This document shows, one piece after another, positions 8,638 to 15,167 of a stretch of 30,333 nt of DNA. Where the stretch lies: the IMG/VR virus record IMGVR_UViG_2645727946_000002. The stretch is one strand, 5' to 3'. The notes under the pieces are model-generated. The model saw nothing but the letters and a program-made list of their open reading frames with translations, was not told the origin of the DNA and did no database searches. The stretch is from a virus. Lineage: Duplodnaviria; Heunggongvirae; Uroviricota; Caudoviricetes. A program made the position numbers and the translations under genes. The first letter of the stretch is position 1, and each line of letters begins with the position of its first letter.

Positions 8638-9446
8638 TTACTTGATCTGGACGAACGGGACGCTGCTCGAGCCCATGTACTGGGGGAGCTTGCCGTCCCA
8701 TTTCTCGATCGCCATCTGTTGCAGGATTTGGCTGTTCTCGCGTAGTGCTTTCGCTTTCACCTCGAGCGCTTCGGCCTCGCCCTTGGCGATCGCGACTTGC
8801 TTTGCCGCGTCCGCCTCGGCTGCACGCAGTTCGTTCTCCTTCTGCTGCGCGATCTGCGTCGCTGCGATCTTCCCGTTGATCGAGTTCATGACCTGCTCGG
8901 GGAGGCGCATCTGATTCACGAAATAGACCTTCTCGACACTGATTCCGACCTTCGCGGCGTTCGCCTTTACCTCGCGACGCGCTGCTGTAGTGCCGCCTTG
9001 CCCCTGCCGTAGACGTCCTCGACCGCCATCGACGCGCCGGCGAGATTCAGGGCGTCGCGCACGATCGCGCGCAGGTAGACGCCCGTGATCTCATCGACTC
9101 CGCGCCGATACTTCTGGAACACCTTGGGCGCGTTCTCACGCGGGATCGCGTAGCTGACGCCGATGTCGGTGTTGACCGACAGCCCCTCCACCGTCTGGAA
9201 CGTGAACGACTCGTCGGACTTGCCAGCTTTGTCCCACACGTAGGACTGCGTGAACGTCGGGAAGATGAACATGTCGACGTTGGGCCCGTTGAAGTAGCGG
9301 CCGGGGCCTTTCACCTCGACGTTGACGCCGCGGTCGTCGCCGTAGCGTTGCACCTTCACACCGACGTAGCCGGCCGGGACGTTATCGCAGCCGGCCGCGA
9401 GGAACATCGTCGGCGCGAGGATCAGAATCAGAAGCAGGCGTTTCAC
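8638..9446 (-). pseudogene. SPFH/Band-7/prohibitin-family lipoprotein, frameshifted
   Basis: GTG 9446 follows AAGGAG. Lipobox LAAGC and the pattern VPAGYVGVKV are present. The frame stops at QQRVAR* (8967), while EVKANAAKVGISVEKVYFVNQMRLP...AIEKWDGKLPQYMG continues in another frame. The span is 809 bp, a net -1 shift near 8970-8976. Confidence 0.85.
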
Positions 9447-9625
9447 TTGGTCTCCTTGAAATGAGGGGGGATGAATTTCACAAAGGCGGCGGCATATGCC
9501 AGCCACACGAACGGCACGGCGAGCAGGGTGATGCTGCTGTCCTGATTCACCAGCCACGGGGTGACGATCGACAGCAGCACGAGAAACAGCACGGCCGCGA
9601 CGATGAGCTTCGAAGCGGTTTTGAT
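9443..9625 (-). pseudogene. Two-TM small membrane protein (60 aa), apparent start codon ATC
   Basis: GGAG-ATACCA-ATC-AAAACC, followed by two hydrophobic helices. The stop overlaps the SPFH GTG (GTGA). No in-frame ATG is placed near the RBS. Confidence 0.55.
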
Positions 9626-9638
9626 TGGTATCTCCGGT

Positions 9639-9674
9639 AAAAAATGGCGGGGCGCGCATACGGGCCGCCCCGCC
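9639..9674 (-). terminator. Intrinsic terminator in the left operon
   Basis: 9-bp stem GGCGGGGCG/CGCCCCGCC followed by ATTTTTT on the minus strand. Confidence 0.7.
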
Positions 9675-9842
9675 GAAAGGCCGCGCTTATCCGAGAGGAA
9701 ATCCCGCGCGCGGCAAGCGGGGAACTGCTGTGTGTGGCTTGCGTTGGCCACAAATCCGCCACGCGCCCGGAACGCCGGAATGTGCGTGGCTATGGGGTGA
9801 GTCGTCGTGCTAGGATTCGCAAAAAATACAAGCGGGGATGCG

Positions 9843-10433
9843 ATGAAGAAGGTGTGGCAATGCCTTGAGGTCGGCTTCGCGCTATGTGCGCTCGGAATCG
9901 TGGCCGTGTTTCTCGTCTATGCGTTCAAATTGCACAGCAATGATGCCGCTGGCTGGGTACAGGCAGTCGGATCGATAGCCGGCATCTTCATTGCCATCTG
10001 GATCGCTGGATCACAGCATCGTGCCGATGTGGCTCGTCGCGCGGACGAAGACGCGAGGTCAGAGTACCTACTGGAGGCGGAACTGGCATGGTTGAGTACC
10101 GAGGTCGTCGGTTTTCTCGACCAGTTCCGTGACATCAAGGCGGGCTTTCCAATAGAAGATAGATTCTCCGAAGATGACGTCAGGGATTTGCTCGATCGAT
10201 TGTCCTGGTGCCGCCAGCGCGCCCGGCACAAGACGCATTTATGGATGGTCGGGCAACTGCGTTCGTCCCTCATGGGTACTGTTCGCGCCATTCGTAGCAA
10301 AATAGCTCATACACCGATGGTGTTGACCGATGACGACGTCAAATTGATCAACGATCTTCGGCTGGCGGCAATAGAAGTTTCGGATCTCGCGTTACGTGCG
10401 AAAGCGATTCTTGGTCCCTCTGCGGGTGCATGA
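9843..10433 (+). CDS. Moron-like membrane protein with two N-terminal TM helices (196 aa)
   Basis: ATG 9843 follows GGGG. Hydrophobic segments VGFALCALGIVAVFLVYAF and WVQAVGSIAGIFIAIWIA. Oriented opposite to the surrounding operon. Confidence 0.78.
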   Translation: MKKVWQCLEVGFALCALGIVAVFLVYAFKLHSNDAAGWVQAVGSIAGIFIAIWIAGSQHRADVARRADEDARSEYLLEAELAWLSTEVVGFLDQFRDIKAGFPIEDRFSEDDVRDLLDRLSWCRQRARHKTHLWMVGQLRSSLMGTVRAIRSKIAHTPMVLTDDDVKLINDLRLAAIEVSDLALRAKAILGPSAGA

Positions 10434-10586
10434 TTACAGCGCTCTTGCTTGGTGGGCGACGCAGAGAAACCAGACACAGCCGATAGTGATGCCGTAGGCG
10501 AGGATCATCCCGAAAGCCCGAGCGAGACGCCCGTTCGGCCGAGCGCACGCGGCGAGTAGGTCATTGTCGAAAGCGACTCTGTTCAT
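10434..10586 (-). CDS. Small single-TM protein (50 aa)
   Basis: Hand translation: MNRVAFDNDLLAACARPNGRLARAFGMILAYGITIGCVWFLCVAHQARAL. Below the ORF-track cutoff. Confidence 0.6.
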   Translation of the reverse strand: MNRVAFDNDLLAACARPNGRLARAFGMILAYGITIGCVWFLCVAHQARAL

Positions 10587-10607
10587 GATGGTCTCGTGTC
10601 GTCGCAA

Positions 10608-10826
10608 TTACCGACGGTATGCATGGGTCGAAGCGGCGAAAGGCTCGATGGACGTATCGGCTGCCGGCTCAATGCGCTGCATGGCGCCGGACGGCATGAG
10701 CTCGATTGCGTCGAGGCAATGTCCGGCGAAGTAGTTGCGATCATGGCGCTCGATGGCGTCTTGGAGCTTGGCCCATGTCAGGGTTTCACGGACGTTGTAT
10801 TCGTGATTTGCATGGATGTGAAGCAT
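10608..10826 (-). CDS. Hypothetical protein (72 aa)
   Basis: ATG 10826 follows GGGGA (MLHIHANHEYNVRETLTWAK...). Confidence 0.65.
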   Translation of the reverse strand: MLHIHANHEYNVRETLTWAKLQDAIERHDRNYFAGHCLDAIELMPSGAMQRIEPAADTSIEPFAASTHAYRR

Positions 10827-10873
10827 CGCGGTCCCCGGTGGGTTGTGATTGCCCGCAGGGCGGGCGCGGTTGG

Positions 10874-11221
10874 TTAGGCGGCTTCCCGTTCGGCGAGCAC
10901 TTCGTCGACCTTCGTGCGCGATGCTGATCCGCGGGCTGCGCGCTGGCGACGCAACGCATGCGCGAGTTGCCACGCATCGTCCGTGAAAGTGATCCAGTAG
11001 GTCGGCTTACGGCCGAAATCGGAAAGCGGCCCAAGCAGTTTTGCGGGAATGCGGCCGAAGGACAGAAGGCCAGCGTCTTGAAACTTGCGAAGCGCAGTCA
11101 GATCGTCGTCATTCATGCGCATGCCTTCGAGCAGGCCGCCGTAGTCCACGCTGCACGATTCCGCGTAGAGGATGATGCTGCGCTCGATCTTCGTGAGCGT
11201 GGTGATGTCGATAGTGGTCAC
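10874..11221 (-). CDS. Hypothetical protein (115 aa)
   Basis: GTG 11221 follows CAGGAGAA (MTTIDITTLTKIERSIILYAESC...). Confidence 0.75.
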   Translation of the reverse strand: MTTIDITTLTKIERSIILYAESCSVDYGGLLEGMRMNDDDLTALRKFQDAGLLSFGRIPAKLLGPLSDFGRKPTYWITFTDDAWQLAHALRRQRAARGSASRTKVDEVLAEREAA

Positions 11222-11249
11222 GTCGTTCTCCTGTAGCGGGCGGGGTTGG

Positions 11250-11426
11250 TCAGGCGGATTCGATCTTGAATCCGTCACGAAGCGCAGCACGCTCGCATGC
11301 TTGGCAGCGCGTCTCAAACTTTGTCGCGTGAAATTCGACAAGCTGAAGGCCGATGTGGCGACCGTTTCCGACGTTCTTCCGCCCGGTCTTGCAGCCTTTC
11401 TCATAGTGGGTGCGGTGCTGTGCCAT
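11250..11426 (-). CDS. Small Cys/His-containing protein (58 aa)
   Basis: Hand translation: MAQHRTHYEKGCKTGRKNVGNGRHIGLQLVEFHATKFETRCQACERAALRDGFKIESA. RBS is CAGGAG. The gene is exactly bounded by the repeat. Confidence 0.7.
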   Translation of the reverse strand: MAQHRTHYEKGCKTGRKNVGNGRHIGLQLVEFHATKFETRCQACERAALRDGFKIESA

Positions 11427-11455
11427 CGTCTTTCTCCTGTAGCGGGCGCGGTTGG

Positions 11456-11563
11456 TCAGTGCATGTGGTGCTCGCCGCGGCCGATGTGCTTCATCGCACG
11501 CGTAACCTCGACGACGAGCCAGAGGATCAGCAGGGCCAAAGCCCCAGTCACGAAGTGCTTCAC
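11456..11563 (-). CDS. Small single-TM peptide (35 aa)
   Basis: GGAGG-N8-GTG; MKHFVTGALALLILWLVVEVTRAMKHIGRGEHHMH. Confidence 0.6.
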   Translation of the reverse strand: MKHFVTGALALLILWLVVEVTRAMKHIGRGEHHMH

Positions 11564-11564
11564 C

Positions 11565-11696
11565 TCAGCAGCCTCCGCGAAGATCTTCGGTGCCCTGAGC
11601 GATCAGATCGCTTGCAACTTCGCGCAACAGGTGCTCGACAAGCGCGCCGCGAGGCAGACGGCGCAGTTCGAGGAGGTTCTTTGCGGCTTGGCTCAC
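11565..11696 (-). CDS. Small hypothetical protein (43 aa)
   Basis: AGGAG-N6-GTG; MSQAAKNLLELRRLPRGALVEHLLREVASDLIAQGTEDLRGGC. Confidence 0.6.
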   Translation of the reverse strand: MSQAAKNLLELRRLPRGALVEHLLREVASDLIAQGTEDLRGGC

Positions 11697-11705
11697 GATC
11701 GGCTC

Positions 11706-11933
11706 CTAGACCTTGAGCCCGATCGACCGTAGAAAGAGGCGTCGGTCGTATTCGAGCTTCAACCGGGCCGCGTGCCGCATAGCATGGGCGCGGCCGATGT
11801 TCTCGCTGTACCGATGAGATAGGCCGAGTACCGCCCACGTCTCACGGCTCGCGTTTGCGCTGACTTCGAGGTCCGCTGCTGCGTTTTCGAGCCACTCGAC
11901 AGACACGGTCGGCAGCTTCCGTTTCGTTTCCAC
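11706..11933 (-). CDS. First gene of the early-left operon, hypothetical (75 aa)
   Basis: Strong RBS AAGGAG before the GTG. Confidence 0.75.
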   Translation of the reverse strand: METKRKLPTVSVEWLENAAADLEVSANASRETWAVLGLSHRYSENIGRAHAMRHAARLKLEYDRRLFLRSIGLKV

Positions 11934-12008
11934 TGGATCTCCTTTTGAAGGGTCGCGCTTGCGCTGTTTCTCTCAATAATTTAGTAATCCGAAATCAATA
12001 CAACGCTC

Positions 12009-12051
12009 AAGAAACGGCACTGAGAGATCAATGCCATTCGATCAGTGCCGT
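12009..12051 (-). terminator. tL1-like terminator at the end of the PL leader
   Basis: 10-bp stem ACGGCACTGA (12014-12023)/TCAGTGCCGT (12042-12051) followed by TTCTT on the minus strand. Confidence 0.6.
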
Positions 12052-12557
12052 CGGAGGTGCCGGTTACGTCATCCGGCGTCACTTTGGCATGTGACCGTCT
12101 GCGCGGCCGTCGGGTAGCTTGCCATCGCCCAACTCACGGCACCCGGCCCACTTCGTTTATCACTCGCAGGGCTGGCGAGTCGCGCTCACCGATGGAGTTT
12201 GCTGTCCATCTACCCGGGCGCAATTCCGAAACAGGTTCATGGAGCCGGGCCGGTGCTGATCTCCGGCTTTGGGACTCCAGCACCATGCTGGTCGCGCATC
12301 AGCCTGCGCATTCCGGCTCCATCAAACTGCATCACTCGCGCGCCCGGCCACTCCCGGCCATGCCGGATTCGGGCCGCGCGAGGTTTGTGCCGATTACGAT
12401 GCCATCGGTCACGTGTTGCTGGCTGTCTTGTATCAGGTTCATTCAGATTTCTGTCCGGTAGCCAACATCGGCCTAGCGCGGTTCGTCTGCCCTGATTCAC
12501 GAGGCTAGATCGCCCCGGCCGGTTGCTCCCAATACTGCGGTCCCGGCTTACCTTAGG

Positions 12558-12569
12558 TTGTTAAAGATC
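12558..12569 (-). promoter_or_regulatory. boxA-like antitermination element (GATCTTTAACAA)
   Basis: Matches the rrn-type boxA core CTTTAACA, about 40 nt after the predicted PL start. Confidence 0.6.
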
Positions 12570-12612
12570 GATCCGCCGGAGCGGTGCAGCGAGTAGTGCT
12601 GCGTTGAGATGA

Positions 12613-12656
12613 ATGTTATGCGCAATCGCATAATGTAGTCAATGCGAAATCGCATA
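12613..12656 (-). promoter_or_regulatory. PL promoter with operators OL1 and OL2
   Basis: Minus strand TTGACT-N18-TAACAT. Palindromes ATGCG-N4-CGCAT at 12618-12631 and 12642-12655, the same motif as at OR. Confidence 0.85.
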
Positions 12657-12775
12657 GAAATTTGTAACAGCCCCGGCGGACGGATATTCTTACGTGGCGC
12701 CTACAACTCGCTTGTCCATATGGCGCCGGCGAATCCCGCGCCGAGCAAAGTCGGGTGTACTAGAGAGACCAAACA

Positions 12776-13114
12776 ATGAACAAATATGGGATCGCGGGGG
12801 CGATCATCGCCGGGGCATTGCTTGTTGCATGTAGTGGCAGCGATGATGATTTGATGGCTCGAGCCCGGCGGGAAAGGGACGTCCGGGCAATTGCTTTGTG
12901 TCAAGACTATGCGCGATCCAAAGCCGCCCATCCGAGTACGGTAGACTTTTCGCTCTTGGGGACGCGGGTCGCGGAGCAGTCGGACGGCAGCGTGATCGCT
13001 GCCTCAACCTTCACGGCGAAAAACGGGTTTGGCCTCGAGTTGAAGTACGAGGTAGCTTGCCAGGTCAACGGGAGCGGCGTTGTTGAAGCCGGCATTCGTG
13101 AGGCTCGCGATTAA
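12776..13114 (+). CDS. Immunity-region lipoprotein (112 aa), candidate superinfection exclusion
   Basis: Signal peptide with lipobox LLVAC. The mature part has two Cys and a HPSTVDF...KNGFG...YEVAC pattern. Confidence 0.75.
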   Translation: MNKYGIAGAIIAGALLVACSGSDDDLMARARRERDVRAIALCQDYARSKAAHPSTVDFSLLGTRVAEQSDGSVIAASTFTAKNGFGLELKYEVACQVNGSGVVEAGIREARD

Positions 13115-13360
13115 GGCGCTATTCGTATCGTCTAGCTGAAGTTCAACGGGAATTCGCCAAGACACCTGACGACGTAATTATGGCGTTCGAGCGGTTGAGC
13201 GCGGAAGGGAGGGCAGAGTAGTCGGCGTAGAGGAGACATTCGCCGGATTCGTGGACTAGCTGACCGAGGTACGGGTTGGATCGGGGATGATGAGATCGCA
13301 TTGCTGACATCGGTCGGAGCAATACTCTTCCGAGAGGGCTTCGAGGCAGTACCGGAAATG

Positions 13361-13385
13361 AAAAACCCCGCGCAGGGCGAGGCTT
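13361..13385 (-). terminator. Terminator downstream of the DUF1828-like operon
   Basis: Minus strand GCCTCGC-loop-GCGGGGT followed by TTTT, just after the 13388 stop. Confidence 0.55.
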
Positions 13386-13387
13386 AC

Positions 13388-14146
13388 TCAGTGCAATGTC
13401 GGTTGCTTTGCCGCCTTGGCCAACGCAGAGTAGAGCATTGCGCTAGCCATTGATCCAATGATTTGCCTTTCGGTTTCTGCCTTCATTAGATCGCTGCGAT
13501 CGTCGATCACGACCCGGATCTTTGGCGACTCACCAGGCGCGCTCAGCACATCACCGAGCTTTCGCATCAATCCGCCGGTGGCCTGTGGGCTGGGGCTGAG
13601 GACGTCTACTAACTCACTGCCCCACATGAATTGGAAAGTGTACTCGTGATTCGAGATCCCTTTAATTTTGGGATTTCGGACAATTGGCTGGTCCGGCCTC
13701 AGAATGCGAAGGTAGTGCTCGACGTCATCCGCGAGGTTATTTACAGATTCGGGGACGCCGATCCAGGCGCGCTCCTGCTCAGCTAGCGCTAACAAGCCGG
13801 CCACATAAGCGGCAACCAGTGCACTGGTACTCTCAATCGGACCAAGTGCGCGTATTTCTCCGCTCGCCTCTACCGTCATTCGATGCTGCGCCAGAAGATT
13901 GCGGATTGCCGATAGCCGTCTGCCGTTGAACGGATCGATTCCGATCGAGCTCAGGTGGAAGAGGGTGTCGCCGTTGTCGCTGATAAGCGAGTGCGCGCCC
14001 TGTTCGATTACGTAGAGCGTGATCGCGCTGCCATCTGCGAAGCTGAACGGCGTCCCAATTTCGAACGCACGCTCACCGTTCACCGTTTTGACGGCGCGGC
14101 AGTCGTAAGCCAGCTTCCTGTGCAGCCATGCGCAGTCGATGTTCAT
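13388..14146 (-). CDS. DUF1828/DUF1829-like protein (252 aa)
   Basis: EIGTPFSFADGSAITLYV...LISDNGDTLFHL is DUF1828-like. C-terminal IKGISNHEYTFQF resembles the DUF1829-like restriction-endonuclease-fold segment. Confidence 0.75.
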   Translation of the reverse strand: MNIDCAWLHRKLAYDCRAVKTVNGERAFEIGTPFSFADGSAITLYVIEQGAHSLISDNGDTLFHLSSIGIDPFNGRRLSAIRNLLAQHRMTVEASGEIRALGPIESTSALVAAYVAGLLALAEQERAWIGVPESVNNLADDVEHYLRILRPDQPIVRNPKIKGISNHEYTFQFMWGSELVDVLSPSPQATGGLMRKLGDVLSAPGESPKIRVVIDDRSDLMKAETERQIIGSMASAMLYSALAKAAKQPTLH

Positions 14147-14598
14147 GATATTTGGATACTTCCGTCGAAGCTGATGTTCGATCTGTTGCAGAATACCGCA
14201 AAAACCTCACTCAGCGGGGTCTGGCAGGACAGCGTTACATCTTCCAGCGGCAACGCTTCGTCCCCGCGGTGTTCGTGCGGGCCATACAGCGGGCCGGCCG
14301 GGGCGTTGTGCGACCGCTTGTGCGCGGGCTGGACTTCAATTTGATGTACTCGCCACTTTACGCCTTGACGGAGAACAAATAACGTCGCGCTGGTTCGACA
14401 TGCATCGATCAGCATGGCGGCCTTCATCTCCACTTCGACCGTCATCCCGGGCAACGTCCCGCCGAGCTCGTCTTCAGGGCGAAGAACCGCCGCGAGGTAC
14501 CCGGCATGATTCTTTCTGGCCGTAAGTTCGATGTCGCCATGCAAGATTTTTCTCATGGCGATCAACGGCTCCGCTTCTGCGCGTGCAAGGTCTGGCAT
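14143..14598 (-). CDS. His-motif protein, DUF6978-like (151 aa), partner of the DUF1828-like gene
   Basis: Motif HKRSHN-x6-GPHEH. ATGA overlap with the downstream gene. Confidence 0.7.
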   Translation of the reverse strand: MPDLARAEAEPLIAMRKILHGDIELTARKNHAGYLAAVLRPEDELGGTLPGMTVEVEMKAAMLIDACRTSATLFVLRQGVKWRVHQIEVQPAHKRSHNAPAGPLYGPHEHRGDEALPLEDVTLSCQTPLSEVFAVFCNRSNISFDGSIQIS

Positions 14599-14781
14599 CG
14601 CTCGTAGTCATCAAATTGTTATGGGCGATCGTCGGTCTGCGGTCGCACTTTGTACGTTGGTTTTGACACCGCCCACCTTAAGTTACCCAAATTTTAATCC
14701 GACCGTATATCACGACCGATCTAGTACGGGATAAATATATCTTTCGCAGGGGTTAATTCTTACGCCCTGTCAGAATTGTCA

Positions 14782-14827
14782 TTGATAGGCCAGTTTGTCC
14801 TTGGCAAAATGCTGTATAGATGTACAG
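14782..14827 (+). promoter_or_regulatory. Promoter with LexA (SOS) box
   Basis: TTGATA (14782-14787)-N17-CAAAAT (14805-14810) with an extended TG. CTGTATAGATGTACAG (14812-14827) matches the CTGT-N8-ACAG LexA consensus of beta/gamma-proteobacteria and covers the predicted start site. Confidence 0.85.
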
Positions 14828-14861
14828 TATTTTGCCAAAGAAAAGAAGACTAGGGGCGGTA

Positions 14862-15167
14862 ATGAGAGAAGAATCGACAGTGCGCTTGCGCTGCAGGCCG
14901 GGGGATTTAGCAATCGTGACGAAGTGTGGGGTTCCGGAGCGCATCGGATTGCTGGTGCGCGTCGTCGGGCGATGCACAGATGGAGGGTACGATTGGCTAA
15001 CGGAAGTCCAAGGGCGCGGCTTTCGCGGCCGCGACATCTATACCGGCGACATTTGCCTATGCAAAGAGGCGTTGATGCATGACTGGAACTTAACGCCGAT
15101 TACTGGGTTGGGTCCTCGATGCCAGCTCGACCAACGCGAGGTTGCGCACCTCCACGGAGTATCCTGA
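14862..15167 (+). CDS. SOS-box-controlled small Cys-rich protein (101 aa), candidate antirepressor
   Basis: ATG 14862 follows AGGGG (MREESTVRLRCRPGDLAIVTKC...). Its 3' end overlaps the cI 3' end by 68 bp. Confidence 0.7.
   Translation: MREESTVRLRCRPGDLAIVTKCGVPERIGLLVRVVGRCTDGGYDWLTEVQGRGFRGRDIYTGDICLCKEALMHDWNLTPITGLGPRCQLDQREVAHLHGVS

Larger units (their letters stand above)
10860..11459. repeat. Repeated intergenic element: 33 bp at 11221-11253 and 11427-11459 (2 mismatches), partial third copy at 10860-10876
   Basis: On the minus strand it reads stop-CCAACC(C/G)CGCCCGC-TACAGGAGAA(C/A)GACG-start. Confidence 0.9.
12009..12606 (-). ncRNA. Putative structured leader RNA of the PL transcript
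   Basis: No ORF with an RBS. Many nested inverted repeats, including a four-way junction at 12239-12322 and a three-way junction at 12139-12221 whose single mismatch is a G-U pair only on the minus strand. Confidence 0.5.

Noticed and set aside
7299-8645. 448-aa + strand ORF
   Set aside because: It lies antisense to two well-supported minus-strand genes and has the composition typical of reverse-frame shadows.
8960-8990. Programmed ribosomal frameshift in the SPFH gene
   Set aside because: There is no X XXY YYZ slippery heptamer at the junction; a deletion is the simpler explanation.
12239-12322. Calling the cloverleaf a tRNA gene
   Set aside because: It has no TTCRA T-loop, the anticodon loop is 5 nt and position 33 is not U. 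Kept only as a tRNA-like structure.
12045-12508. ORFs within the PL leader (79-138 aa, both strands)
   Set aside because: They lack an RBS, are Arg/Pro/Ala-rich, and coincide with dense stem structure better explained as RNA.
13115-13360. Possible gene remnant (PDDVIMAFERLSAEGRAE) after the lipoprotein
   Set aside because: It is too short and has no start or recognisable motif.
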